60,146 nt of DNA from an uncultured Bacilli bacterium (GCA_947631285.1 CANRKS010000001.1:1-60146); one strand, 5' to 3'; positions 6,719-16,170 are shown, counted from the first letter of the stretch. Translations and numbers: made by a program. The notes: generated from the letters alone by a model not told the origin.

Positions 6719-7789
6719 ATGAAAAAAATTATATTTATATTAATGATGCTTATACCAATAAAAGTATTTTCGATTAGTGCCTCCAGTGCTATTGCAATGG
6801 ACTTAGATACTGGTAGAGTTTTATATGGATATAATTTAGATAGTCAAAAATTAATTGCTAGTACGACTAAAATCATGACAGCTTTAATAGCCATTGAAAA
6901 AGGGAATTTGGATGAAATAGTTACGGTTAGTGATATAATTTATGAAGCTTTTGGCAGTGCCATTTATATTGAAGTAGGAGAAGAAATTACTTTAAGGGAT
7001 CTTTTATATGGCCTTATGATGCGAAGTGGTAATGATGCGGCTTTAGTGATTGCTGAATATATTGCCGGTAGTAAAGAAGAATTTGTCTATTTGATGAATG
7101 ATTATGCGGCTAATTTAGATATGACAAATACCGTTTTTTATAATCCTCATGGTTTAGAAGAAAGTAATGGTAATGCTAATGTTTCCACCGTTAGGGATAT
7201 GGCAAAATTAACTAAATATGCTATGGAAAATAGTACTTTTAGAGAAATATTTAAAACTAAAGACCATACAGTTAAAACTAATTATAAGACTTATGTATGG
7301 CATAATAAAAATAAATTATTAAATGAAGAATATATTACGGGAGGGAAAACGGGTTTTACTGAGTTAGCGAGGAGAACTTTAGTATCTACTGGAAGTAAAA
7401 ATAATATTAATATTGTGATTGTTACTTTAAATGACCCTAATGATTGGCAAGATCATAAAGATTTATATAATAATATTTTTAAAGAGTATAAAAGTTATCA
7501 AATTATTAATAAAGATAAATTTAAAATAAAGAAAGAGAATTATTATAAAGATGCTAGTTTTTATGTCAAAAATGATTTTTTTATGGCCTTGACTAAAAAA
7601 GAGCTTAAGAAAATAAGTCTCGATATTAATCTTTTAAAATTGCATGAATATGCTAACGATGATGTTGTTGGTTATGCCCTAGTTATGTTAGATGGTGTAA
7701 CTTATCATAAGGAGCCTATTTATATTAAAAAGATAGTTAAAGAAGAAAATCTTAGCTGGTGGCAAAAATTCAAAAGGTGGTTATTTTAA
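6719..7789 (+). CDS. dacB: D-alanyl-D-alanine carboxypeptidase (S11, DacB/PBP5*-like)
   Basis: Signal peptide present. SxxK = ASTTK, SxN = RSGND, KTG = GGKTGFT. Followed by spmA and spmB, as in the Bacillus dacB operon. Confidence 0.85.
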   Translation: MKKIIFILMMLIPIKVFSISASSAIAMDLDTGRVLYGYNLDSQKLIASTTKIMTALIAIEKGNLDEIVTVSDIIYEAFGSAIYIEVGEEITLRDLLYGLMMRSGNDAALVIAEYIAGSKEEFVYLMNDYAANLDMTNTVFYNPHGLEESNGNANVSTVRDMAKLTKYAMENSTFREIFKTKDHTVKTNYKTYVWHNKNKLLNEEYITGGKTGFTELARRTLVSTGSKNNINIVIVTLNDPNDWQDHKDLYNNIFKEYKSYQIINKDKFKIKKENYYKDASFYVKNDFFMALTKKELKKISLDINLLKLHEYANDDVVGYALVMLDGVTYHKEPIYIKKIVKEENLSWWQKFKRWLF

Positions 7790-8376
7790 TGGTAGGTTAT
7801 ATTTGGGCTTTTTTAATAGGAATAGGTATTATTTATTCTCTTTTAAGTGGTAATATCAATGTTATAAATGAAAGTATTTTAACTAATGCTTCAGAAGCTT
7901 TAGATTTAATTTTAAATTTATTACCTATAATTGTTCTTTGGACAGGTGTATTGAAGATTGCTGAAGTAAGTGGATTATTAGATAAATTTGCTCATTTATT
8001 AAATCCTTTTTTATGTAAATTATTTCCTTCTGTTCCTAAAGATAATAAAGCTTTAGGCTATATATCTTCCAATATTGCAGCAAATATGTTAGGACTTGGA
8101 AGTGCGGCCACTCCAGCCGGTTTAAAAGCGATGAATGAACTTCAGAAAATAAATCCCGAAAAAGATACAGCATCTCCACCAATGATTACTTTTCTTATCT
8201 TAAATACCGCAGGAGTTACCATTATTCCCACAACAATATTAGCATTAAGAGTGGCTTATGGATCAAGTAATCCAGGCGAAATAATATTTCCGGCCATTAT
8301 TGCTACTACTTGTTCATCAATCGCCGGAATAACTTTAGATTATTTAATTAGAAAGAAGCATCAAAAATGGAAATAA
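7789..8376 (+). CDS. spmA: spore maturation protein A
   Basis: Polytopic nucleoside-recognition-type membrane protein starting MVGYIWAFLIG. The ATG overlaps the dacB stop (TAATG). Synteny supports the call. Confidence 0.8.
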   Translation: MVGYIWAFLIGIGIIYSLLSGNINVINESILTNASEALDLILNLLPIIVLWTGVLKIAEVSGLLDKFAHLLNPFLCKLFPSVPKDNKALGYISSNIAANMLGLGSAATPAGLKAMNELQKINPEKDTASPPMITFLILNTAGVTIIPTTILALRVAYGSSNPGEIIFPAIIATTCSSIAGITLDYLIRKKHQKWK

Positions 8377-8885
8377 TATCTAAGATAATTTTACCAATTT
8401 TTATTATTGTTATTGTTTTTTATGGTGTTAAGAAGAGGGTAAATGTTTATGATGCTTTTTTAGAAGGAGCTAAAGAAGGACTAGTTACAACATTCAACAT
8501 TTTTCCCGCTGTTATTGCAATGATTTTTGCTATTAATATTTTTTTAGATAGTAATTTTTTAGCGTTTTTAATTAAATTAATTAGTCCTTTATTGGGAAGA
8601 ATAACAATGCCTTTAGAAATTATTCCTATGGCTCTACTTAGACCAGTATCAGGAACGGCCTCTTTAGCTATTATGAATGATATTTTTAAGAATTTTGGTC
8701 CCGATTCTTTTATTGGTCGCCTTGCTTCAGTATTACAAGGATGTACAGATACTACGATTTATGTTATTGCTTTATATTTTGGAACAGTTAAAATTACTAA
8801 AATAAAGCATGCTCTTTGGGGTGGTTTATTTGCGGATTTAGTAGGAATAGGGGCGGCGATTATTTTAACTAATCTTTTCTTTTAA
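8367..8885 (+). CDS. spmB: spore maturation protein B
   Basis: 172-aa polytopic membrane protein that overlaps spmA by 10 nt. Fits dacB-spmA-spmB synteny. Confidence 0.8.
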   Translation: MEIISKIILPIFIIVIVFYGVKKRVNVYDAFLEGAKEGLVTTFNIFPAVIAMIFAINIFLDSNFLAFLIKLISPLLGRITMPLEIIPMALLRPVSGTASLAIMNDIFKNFGPDSFIGRLASVLQGCTDTTIYVIALYFGTVKITKIKHALWGGLFADLVGIGAAIILTNLFF

Positions 8886-8919
8886 TTCTTTTTTTGTTAT
8901 ACTCTTATTGTGATGTTTT

Positions 8920-9633
8920 ATGGAAAGACTGCAAAAAGTTATTGCTAATAATGGCTATTCTTCAAGAAGAAAAGCGGAAGAATTAATTAGCAAGGGAAGA
9001 GTTAAAGTTAATGGAGAAGTAGTAAATACTTTAGGTTTTAAAGTTAGTGAAGATGATATTATTGAAGTAGAAGGTAATATTTTAAAAACTTTAACTACTT
9101 ATGAGTATTATATTTTAAATAAGCCAAGAGAAGTAATTTGTAGTGTTAGTGATGATAAAAAGAGAAAATGCGTAGTTGACTACATAAAAACTGAAGCAAG
9201 AATTTATCCAATAGGAAGATTAGACTATGATACAACCGGCCTTATTATTTTAACTAATGATGGGTTGTTAGCTAATATTTTAATGCATCCACATTATAAA
9301 ATAAAAAAAACATATATTGCTAAAATAAATGGAATTTTAACGGAAGATGATTTTAAAAAATTAAGAAAAAATGTTATGATTGATAATAGAAAAGTTATTA
9401 TTGATAATTTTAAAGTTAAAAAGATTGATAAAATTAAAAATACTTCTTTAGTAGAAGTAACAATTCATGAAGGAAGAAATCATATTGTACGAAGGTTATT
9501 TGAAACCTTACATTATGATGTTTTGAAATTAACTAGAAGTAAGTATGCTTTTTTAGATCTTGGCCATTTAAAAAGTGGCGAGTATCGCCCTTTATCAAAA
9601 GAAGAAGTAAAAGCTTTATATAATTTAAAATAA
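8920..9633 (+). CDS. rluB: pseudouridine synthase, RsuA/RluB family
   Basis: S4 domain (RLQKVIANNGYSSRRKAEELISKGRVKVNG) and catalytic motif GRLDYDTTGLIILTNDG. Confidence 0.85.
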   Translation: MERLQKVIANNGYSSRRKAEELISKGRVKVNGEVVNTLGFKVSEDDIIEVEGNILKTLTTYEYYILNKPREVICSVSDDKKRKCVVDYIKTEARIYPIGRLDYDTTGLIILTNDGLLANILMHPHYKIKKTYIAKINGILTEDDFKKLRKNVMIDNRKVIIDNFKVKKIDKIKNTSLVEVTIHEGRNHIVRRLFETLHYDVLKLTRSKYAFLDLGHLKSGEYRPLSKEEVKALYNLK

Positions 9634-9647
9634 ATAAGGAAATAAAA

Positions 9648-9667
9648 AAACTCCTTTTTAGGAGTTT
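9648..9667. terminator. shared hairpin between convergent rluB and ferredoxin genes
   Basis: AAACTCC-TTTTTA-GGAGTTT. A T run follows on the minus strand and a short T run on the plus strand. Confidence 0.6.
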
Positions 9668-9941
9668 AAGCAGCACTTTCTGCTTCTTCATCATGATTAC
9701 AGCAGCCATTTTTTTCACAATGGAGACAAGGTTCATCTTCTTCATCTTCAACTGTCTCAACGTAATTAATCGCATTAGTTGGGCAAGATGCCATCGCATT
9801 TTGAACGCTTTCTGTTTCAATATTTTCTTCTTTTATAACTTCAGAATAGCCATCATCACCAAAATCAAAATGTTCAGGATCGATTGCTACACAAGCCCCA
9901 CAGCCAATGCAAGCTTCTTTATTAACAATTAGTTTTTTCAT
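9666..9941 (-). CDS. single-cluster ferredoxin with acidic Cys/His-rich C-terminal extension
   Basis: CIGCGACV...SCP cluster ligands in the first ~57 aa, then the tail VEDEEDEPCLHCEKNGCCNHDEEAESAA. Confidence 0.8.
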   Translation of the reverse strand: MKKLIVNKEACIGCGACVAIDPEHFDFGDDGYSEVIKEENIETESVQNAMASCPTNAINYVETVEDEEDEPCLHCEKNGCCNHDEEAESAA

Positions 9942-10077
9942 ATGTTCCTCCTTTTTTAATTATATTAAAAAAGAGGCTTAAAAGCAAATTATATTTAAGG
10001 CTTAATGTCAAATGAAAAAGATAAATTGTTTTAAAATATAAACTTATGTGATATTATTATGTTACGAGGTGTTTACT

Positions 10078-10935
10078 ATGAGTTCAAGAATGAGTAAATA
10101 TTATGAAGAAGATACTGAAATGCCAACTCGTTATCATCGAAATGAGAACTTATATAAAGAAATAAATAAAAATGAAATAGATAATTTTGAAATAAAAAGT
10201 AATTCCACTTTACTTGGGGAAAACAAAAATGAAATTGATGTAGAGAAAGTAAAGAAAATATTAGATACTAAATATAATGAAACAGCCAAACGAAGAAGTA
10301 TTAGGTTGGAAGAAGAAAAAGAACATGAAGAAGAAGAGATAGTAGATACTAAAGAATATGATATAAATGTTGTTTTAGAAAAAGCTAAGGAACAAAAAGA
10401 TGAAAATTACGAAGAGGAAAGACTTAAGAAAATTCGTAATACCCAATTTGATATTTTAAAAAATTTAAAAGTAGACGAGCCATCATATGAAGACGATATA
10501 ATAGATGATGAAGATGATACGACTTCAACTGATAGTGGTTTAATGGAAAAAGATTCAATTGAAGAAGAAAATTTAAAAACTCTAATCAATACAATAGCTA
10601 TTAATGAACATAAAAATAGAGAATATAATACTTCCTTAGATATCTTAAGTGATTTAAAAGGAAGTGATAATACCGAAGTGTTAGAGGGTTTAAAAGAAGA
10701 AATAGATTTAGAAGAAGAGAAAGAATATACGAAAGAAGAAAAAACTTCAGATATGACTAATTCTTTTTATACTTCATCAAATGCTTTAAAGAAAAAGGAT
10801 TTTGAAGAAATTGATGATGATTTTAAAGATACGGTTGAAGTTAATGGTATCTTTCTAAAGATTGTTATTGTTATCATTGTTTTAATATTTTTGGTGGGCA
10901 TAGGTTTGTTAATTAAATCTTTATATTTTTCATAA
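10078..10935 (+). CDS. acidic tail-anchored membrane protein, unknown function
   Basis: ATG at 10078 behind GAGGTG. E/D/K-rich with a single C-terminal TM segment (IFLKIVIVIIVLIFLVGIGLLI). Confidence 0.5.
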   Translation: MSSRMSKYYEEDTEMPTRYHRNENLYKEINKNEIDNFEIKSNSTLLGENKNEIDVEKVKKILDTKYNETAKRRSIRLEEEKEHEEEEIVDTKEYDINVVLEKAKEQKDENYEEERLKKIRNTQFDILKNLKVDEPSYEDDIIDDEDDTTSTDSGLMEKDSIEEENLKTLINTIAINEHKNREYNTSLDILSDLKGSDNTEVLEGLKEEIDLEEEKEYTKEEKTSDMTNSFYTSSNALKKKDFEEIDDDFKDTVEVNGIFLKIVIVIIVLIFLVGIGLLIKSLYFS

Positions 10936-10943
10936 GATTTAAT

Positions 10944-11684
10944 ATGAGAAAGTTTAAAACTTATAAAACTAATAAAAATACAATATGGAAAGAAATTCTT
11001 ATTGTATTTTTTTGTGCTCTAATATGTGCTTTAATTCTTTTTAATTGGTATGCTTTTAAAATAAAAGATAACATAGGAATTTTAATAAATGCTAAAGTTG
11101 ATAAAGTCGTAGATCAATTCTTTAGCGATTTAATTACCGATGATATTATCAATAATGAAAGTGTTAAAGATATTTTAGTAGTAACTAAAAATGATCAGGG
11201 AGATATTTTAACTGTCAATTATGATTTAGAAAAAACTTATGCTATTTTGACTTTAATTTCAAATATTTTAAAAAAAGGTTTAAGTGATTTAGAAAATGGT
11301 CAAATTGATGTAACGATTTATGATAAATATTTAGATAGTAAAGGTAATGGTTTAATTTTATATGTTCCCTTCTTTTTAACTAGTCAAAATATTTTTCTTT
11401 ATAATTTAGGGCCAAAAATACCTGTATTAATTGATTTAAATGAATCTTTATTAACTAATGTTAAAACAAAAGTAACTAATTATGGTTTTAATAATGCTTT
11501 ATTAGAAATTTATGTGACGGTTGAAATTGATAAATTGATTATTACCCCGATGCATAAACAAACTCAAAAACTAAATTATGATATATTAATTGCTTCTTTA
11601 GTAATAAATGGGCGGGTGCCTGAATTTTATGGGGATAGTTTTGAGGCTTTCAGTAATGCTTTTATTCTTCCCAATAAAATATAA
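10944..11684 (+). CDS. yunB: sporulation protein YunB
   Basis: An N-terminal TM segment, then LYNLGPKIPVLIDLNESLLTNVKTKVTNYGFNNALLEIYVTVEI. This parallels B. subtilis YunB (LSNLGPKIPVRF...EYGINNVYMEVFIHI). Confidence 0.75.
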   Translation: MRKFKTYKTNKNTIWKEILIVFFCALICALILFNWYAFKIKDNIGILINAKVDKVVDQFFSDLITDDIINNESVKDILVVTKNDQGDILTVNYDLEKTYAILTLISNILKKGLSDLENGQIDVTIYDKYLDSKGNGLILYVPFFLTSQNIFLYNLGPKIPVLIDLNESLLTNVKTKVTNYGFNNALLEIYVTVEIDKLIITPMHKQTQKLNYDILIASLVINGRVPEFYGDSFEAFSNAFILPNKI

Positions 11685-11713
11685 TTATGTTATACTTATC
11701 ATAGGGTGAGAGT

Positions 11714-12538
11714 GTGAAACCATTCATAAATGAAGCATTTGAAAAAGCAGTAAATGATTATTTAAGCAGTAAAGATTATCCCGAAAGTCTTCTTTATAAC
11801 TCTTTTTTGACTGTTGTAATTAGAATGTTAATCTGTATTTATGGTGAACTTGATATTATTAATCCCTATCGGACCTTTAATGAAAAAGCTTTAGATACTA
11901 ATCTTATGCGTTTTGGGGCATCTAAAGAAGAAATTGATAATTTGAAAAGATTAATGGATGGATATCTTAAAGTTGAAAGAAAAAATCAAGTTTCAATAAA
12001 AACAGAAATCAATCCCTATTTTGTAACGGTGCAAAAAAGTCTCATTGATTTATTTACTTTAAAAAGAGTTAATTTTGGTTTAAGTGAAGGGGAAGATAAA
12101 AAGTTTTTTGCTCTATTGTATACGCCGGGAACCAGTGATTTTTGGAAAATCGCGGAAAATTATCGCAATACGGATAATCCTTATGAAGTTGCGATGTATT
12201 ACCAAGAGAAGATGGAAATAAAGAAAGAAGAAGAGAAAGAAGAAGAAAAAGATTTATTAAGTTTTGATATTTATAAATACTTTAATGTTAGTATTGCTGA
12301 TTTAAGTCAAATGAACCATGAAGAAGTAGATAATTTAAATAAAGAAATTTATAAGTCACTCGATATAAGCGAAAATGCGATTAATAAAGATTATTTATTA
12401 AATGAAAAGATGCGCCAAATTAAAATAAGACGAAATGCAGTTACAACAGGGAATGGTTATGTTGACATTTTATTAGTTATGAGTGTTATTATTACCACGG
12501 TTATGGTGGTTATTATATTTGGAGTATTAGTTTTTTAG
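11714..12538 (+). CDS. tail-anchored protein, unknown function
   Basis: GTG start behind AGGGTGAGA. 274 aa with a C-terminal TM segment (YVDILLVMSVIITTVMVVIIFGVLVF). Confidence 0.5.
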   Translation: MKPFINEAFEKAVNDYLSSKDYPESLLYNSFLTVVIRMLICIYGELDIINPYRTFNEKALDTNLMRFGASKEEIDNLKRLMDGYLKVERKNQVSIKTEINPYFVTVQKSLIDLFTLKRVNFGLSEGEDKKFFALLYTPGTSDFWKIAENYRNTDNPYEVAMYYQEKMEIKKEEEKEEEKDLLSFDIYKYFNVSIADLSQMNHEEVDNLNKEIYKSLDISENAINKDYLLNEKMRQIKIRRNAVTTGNGYVDILLVMSVIITTVMVVIIFGVLVF

Positions 12539-12545
12539 GAGGGTT

Positions 12546-12839
12546 ATGAAAAAAGTTATTAATGAAGTAGAATATGAGGTCTTAAAAGATTATGGTGATA
12601 CCCTTGAAGATCTTAATTTAGATGAAATTGTAACGGATTATTATGATGATTTTGATTATATCGTGGGAGATTGGGCTTATGGTAAAGTAAGACTTAAAGG
12701 CTTTTATGATAATGATCATAAAGGAGTAAAAGAACATAATAATATAAATAATGTTGAAAAATATTTAAACGATAATTGTGCTTATGGTTGTAAACACTTT
12801 ATTTTAAAAAAAGTTATTAAAACAAAACAAGAAAATTAA
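12546..12839 (+). CDS. yutD: YutD-like protein (DUF1027)
   Basis: FDYIVGDWAYGKVRLKGFY and NCAYGCKHFILKK match the YutD hallmarks (YDYI[LV]GDWGY.QLRLKGF, C.FGC.YF[IV]L). Confidence 0.8.
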   Translation: MKKVINEVEYEVLKDYGDTLEDLNLDEIVTDYYDDFDYIVGDWAYGKVRLKGFYDNDHKGVKEHNNINNVEKYLNDNCAYGCKHFILKKVIKTKQEN

Positions 12840-12852
12840 ATCTTGTTTTTTT
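12824..12852 (+). terminator. intrinsic terminator after yutD
   Basis: Stem AAAACAAGA/TCTTGTTTT with an 8-nt loop and a T run. Overlaps the stop codon. Confidence 0.65.
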
Positions 12853-12887
12853 AAAATTTAATTTAAAAAAAATTAAAAAAATAAAGA

Positions 12888-12916
12888 TTGAAAAAGAAGA
12901 CAAGGTTTGTTATAAT
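12888..12916 (+). promoter_or_regulatory. sigma-A promoter with extended -10
   Basis: TTGAAA (12888-12893), 17 nt, TGT-TATAAT (TATAAT at 12911-12916). Confidence 0.65.
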
Positions 12917-12943
12917 GATATAGTAGTGAAAGGGTTGACAAAG

Positions 12944-13681
12944 ATGGGAAAGATTAAATTAAATTTAGTTTCAGGTGCAATAGTAGAAAAACCTTTATTA
13001 TGTGCTTTTAAAGCTAATAATTTTGAATATATAGTTTTAGATAATGAAATGAATGGGTCAATGGGACTACCGATCATTTTAGTTTGTAAATTAGAAAATG
13101 GTAAATTAATAAAAATTGCTGATCAAAATGAATGGCAAATTGTTAAAGAATATTTAAAAAATATTATCGCGGGAAGTCAAGTAGAATTAATAAAGGTAGC
13201 AAGTGAAATGCCTGCTGATGATATTTATTATACCCAACTAACTTTACCTTTACCATCATTTGATGCTTTAAAGAGTGCTTATACCATAGAGGATGAAGTA
13301 ACTGCTACTCCGGTTGCTCCAGAGGTAACTCCTAGTATTATGCCAACAACTCCAGAACCTTCTGTAAGTGCACCAGAAAATATTCAAACGCCATCATCTT
13401 TTGAATCTCCAACTCCAATATCAATGCCTACACCTCCAGTTAGCGAGCAAGCTTCAGTTGAAGTTGAAGCCACTCCAGTTGATATGAGTGCTCCAGCTAT
13501 TGATTTAAGTGCTCCAATTCCAACATTTGAAGAAAAGACGGAAGAAGTTAAAGAAGAGAGTGAAGCACCTTCAGGTGATAATGTTTTCCAAGCGCAAAAA
13601 GAAGCATTCATGCAAGCTTGTGAGAATATGTTTGATGCTTTAGTTCAAAAGTTTGAAAGAGAATTAGAAAATCATAAATAA
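12944..13681 (+). CDS. hypothetical protein: N-terminal globular domain (DUF1292-like?) plus P/T/S/E-rich linker
   Basis: ATG at 12944. FEYIVLDNE...PIILVCKLENGKLIKIADQNEWQIVKEYL is followed by ~90 aa of repeated P-x-P segments (TPVAPEVTPSIMPTTPEPSVSAP...). Confidence 0.4.
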   Translation: MGKIKLNLVSGAIVEKPLLCAFKANNFEYIVLDNEMNGSMGLPIILVCKLENGKLIKIADQNEWQIVKEYLKNIIAGSQVELIKVASEMPADDIYYTQLTLPLPSFDALKSAYTIEDEVTATPVAPEVTPSIMPTTPEPSVSAPENIQTPSSFESPTPISMPTPPVSEQASVEVEATPVDMSAPAIDLSAPIPTFEEKTEEVKEESEAPSGDNVFQAQKEAFMQACENMFDALVQKFERELENHK

Positions 13682-13708
13682 AGGCTGAAATATTTCAGCT
13701 TTTTTTCA
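13681..13708 (+). terminator. intrinsic terminator
   Basis: GGCTGAA-ATAT-TTCAGCT followed by a T7 run. Confidence 0.7.
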
Positions 13709-13721
13709 TATTATTTATTGT

Positions 13722-14648
13722 ATGAAAGATATAATTAATTATTATTATAATTTTGATGTCTTAGAAGTATCTGAAAACCAAAATTATACCTCTTTTAATT
13801 ATCATGGGGATGAATTTTATTTTGCTTTTTTTAATCGAACAGAAGAAGAATTAAATGATATCTTAGAGATAATTAAAGAATTAAAAGAGAAGGGTATTAA
13901 AGTTCATGATATTATTATTAATAGAGAAGGTAGGTATTTAACTAAAGTAGGGGAATTATATTATCTTCTTTTAAAATTAAATGCCAACAAAGATGAAGAA
14001 GTTAATTTTATTATGATGGTTGAATATTTAAACAAATTAAAATTAAATAATGCCCAAAGTAAGCTTTATCGTAACAATTGGGGTTTATTATGGAGTAAAA
14101 AAATAGATTATTTTGAATATCAAATAAAAGAATTAGGAAAAGATAAAAGTATTATTTTAGATTCTTTTAGTTATTTTGTAGGACTGGCTGAAAATGCTAT
14201 AAGTTATGTAAATAAAATTAATCGTCTTATTGGCTTAAGAGAAAATGACGCCATTACTTTATCACATCGGCGAATATTTTATCCCAATACTAATTTAAAT
14301 TATTTAAATCCTTTAAGTTTTATATTTGATTTAGAAGTAAGAGATATCGCTGGTTATTTAAAAATAGAATTTTTTAAAGGAGAAGATAGTTTTTTAGATT
14401 TAAAAACATATTTAAAAATTAAAACTTTAACGCCATATAGTTATCATATGCTTTATGCTAGACTTTTATATCCATCTTATTATTTTGATCTTTATGAAGA
14501 AGTTATGAATAATGATTTAGATGAAGAAGCTTTAATTCCAATTATTAACCAAATACCTGATTATGAAAATTTTTTAAAAAAAGCTTATTGGGAAATAAGC
14601 AAATATACTAATTTAGAAAGAATTGATTGGCTTTTAAAAGAAGATTAA
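13722..14648 (+). CDS. yutH: CotS-family spore coat kinase-like protein (YutH-like)
   Basis: 308 aa, with the N-terminal pattern YYYNFDVLEV...YTSFNYHGDEFYFAFF typical of YutH/CotS proteins. Lies next to yutD-like and yutI-like genes. Confidence 0.55.
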   Translation: MKDIINYYYNFDVLEVSENQNYTSFNYHGDEFYFAFFNRTEEELNDILEIIKELKEKGIKVHDIIINREGRYLTKVGELYYLLLKLNANKDEEVNFIMMVEYLNKLKLNNAQSKLYRNNWGLLWSKKIDYFEYQIKELGKDKSIILDSFSYFVGLAENAISYVNKINRLIGLRENDAITLSHRRIFYPNTNLNYLNPLSFIFDLEVRDIAGYLKIEFFKGEDSFLDLKTYLKIKTLTPYSYHMLYARLLYPSYYFDLYEEVMNNDLDEEALIPIINQIPDYENFLKKAYWEISKYTNLERIDWLLKED

Positions 14649-14878
14649 ATAGGAATGTTAATAATTCCTTTAATTTCTTTAACTTCTTCTTGAAACATAG
14701 GAAGAAGGCTATCATTAATCGTACTATCTTGTCCTAAACAATTATTGCAAGCACCCGTTAATTTAATATAAACAATATTGTCTTCATATTTGACAAATTC
14801 AATGTCGCCACCATCCATGTTAAGATAAGGCCGAATTGTTTCAATCATTTCTTTAATTTTATTTTCTACTTTTTCCAT
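14645..14878 (-). CDS. NifU C-terminal-domain Fe-S scaffold protein (YutI-like)
   Basis: MEKVENKIKEMIETIRPYLNMDGGDIEFVKY...LTGACNNC. I prefer the internal ATG at 14878 over the ORF-track start at 14929. Confidence 0.75.
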   Translation of the reverse strand: MEKVENKIKEMIETIRPYLNMDGGDIEFVKYEDNIVYIKLTGACNNCLGQDSTINDSLLPMFQEEVKEIKGIINIPI

Positions 14879-14976
14879 ATAAATCACAATCTTATTATAG
14901 TATTTGTAATTTAAAAATGTCAATGTCAAGAGTATTTTTAGGAATTTAAAGTTTTTTATGCTATAATTATTATGAG

Positions 14977-15342
14977 ATGATTTTCATGGGAGAAGAGTAT
15001 AAAGTTGGAGATATAATAAAAGGCCAGGTTACCGGCATTGAAAAATATGGCATATTTGTTAATATTGATCCTTGGTATGATGGACTTATTCATATTTCAG
15101 AAGTATCAGATGATTATGTTAAAGATATTCATGATTATGTAAAGATTGGCGAAACAATTTATTGCCAAATTTTGGAAGTTAATGAAGATAATTTACAATT
15201 AAAGCTTTCAATTAAAAATATAAATTATAAAGCGAGCAATAGCAATAATCCTATTAAAGAAACCAGAAGAGGCTTTTTACCTTTAAAAGAGCAATTACCC
15301 ATCTGGTTGGATGAAAAAGTTAAAATTTATAAAAAAAATTAA
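14977..15342 (+). CDS. S1 RNA-binding domain protein (YugI/GSP13-like)
   Basis: GDIIKGQVTGIEKYGIFVNI...GLIHISEVSDDYVKDI..YVKIGETIYCQILEV. The start may instead be the ATG at 14986. Confidence 0.8.
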   Translation: MIFMGEEYKVGDIIKGQVTGIEKYGIFVNIDPWYDGLIHISEVSDDYVKDIHDYVKIGETIYCQILEVNEDNLQLKLSIKNINYKASNSNNPIKETRRGFLPLKEQLPIWLDEKVKIYKKN

Positions 15343-15363
15343 ATGGGTTAACCGTTTTTTTGT

Positions 15364-16170
15364 TTATCTAAACCAAATAAAGATAAATAGAGCTAGAACT
15401 AAACAGTAAATGGAAAAATGCCATAATTTGCCTTTTTTTACCATACTGCTTAACCAACTATAAGCAAAATAAGTGACAATTAAAGCCGCTATAAAACCAC
15501 TTAGATAGGGAAGAATCAACTCTTGGGTAGTATCTAAAATAGTTGGTACTTTTAACATCATTGTTCCCATACTGACAGGGAAATATAACATAAAAGTATA
15601 TTTTAGAGCATCTTCTCTTTTTAATTTACATAAAAGACATGCAACTAAAACAGTTCCACTTCGACTGATACCTGGAATAATAGTAATGGCTTCAAAAAGG
15701 CCAATGATAATGGCATCTTTAAAAGTTATATCTTTACTTGTTTTTTCCCCCTTAATATTTCGAATGATATAAAGCATGAGAGCCGTAAATAAAAAGGCAA
15801 ATCCCAAAATATGTAAATTAGTAAAATGACTTTCTAAATAATCGTTTAAAAGTAAACCGGTAATACCAACAGGGATAGTACTAACAATCATTTTCATAAC
15901 ATACATAAAGCCATCTTTATATTTAGAACGATCTTTAGCTTTAAAGATAAAGCCAAAGAAATCTTTAATTAAAGCAATAATATCTTTTCGAAAAATAAAA
16001 AGAATAGCTAAAAAAGAAGCAAAGTTAGAAATTATTTCAAAATTAAAAGTATTAAACATTTCGGTATTGAATAAATTTTTAAATAAAAAAATATGTCCAC
16101 TGGAAGAAATTGGTAATGGTTCAGTTATACCTTGGATTATTCCTAAAATAATATATTTTATATAATTCAT
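15364..16170 (-). CDS. uppP: undecaprenyl-diphosphate phosphatase
   Basis: BacA/UppP motifs GIIQGITEPLPISSSGH and PGISRSG. 8-TM profile, 268 aa. Confidence 0.9.
   Translation of the reverse strand: MNYIKYIILGIIQGITEPLPISSSGHIFLFKNLFNTEMFNTFNFEIISNFASFLAILFIFRKDIIALIKDFFGFIFKAKDRSKYKDGFMYVMKMIVSTIPVGITGLLLNDYLESHFTNLHILGFAFLFTALMLYIIRNIKGEKTSKDITFKDAIIIGLFEAITIIPGISRSGTVLVACLLCKLKREDALKYTFMLYFPVSMGTMMLKVPTILDTTQELILPYLSGFIAALIVTYFAYSWLSSMVKKGKLWHFSIYCLVLALFIFIWFR

Noticed and set aside
7759-7788. Longer ORF-track start for spmA. Analogous upstream starts occur at 3675, 4983, 6199, 10048, 12926, 14929, 26084, 45862 and 54485.
   Set aside because: The downstream in-frame starts fit the family N-termini and/or SD spacing better. 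The longer versions would overlap upstream genes or lack an RBS.
9533-9932. ORFs 9533..9820 (-) and 9693..9932 (+) overlapping rluB and the ferredoxin gene.
   Set aside because: Both overlap genes with clear family motifs. Their low-complexity K/F-rich translations are typical of wrong-frame AT-rich sequence.
10407-10589. 60-aa antisense ORF.
   Set aside because: It is a Ser-rich shadow of a GAA/GAT-rich sense region.
13384-13611. 75-aa antisense ORF in the Pro-rich linker region.
   Set aside because: It is a shadow ORF of the P/T/S/E-rich coding segment.
14962-14988. Possible leaderless mRNA for the S1-domain gene (TGc-TATAAT at 14959-14967, only ~10 nt before the ATG at 14977).
   Set aside because: The -35 is poor, a second in-frame ATG at 14986 exists, and other promoters further upstream are possible. 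The evidence is insufficient.
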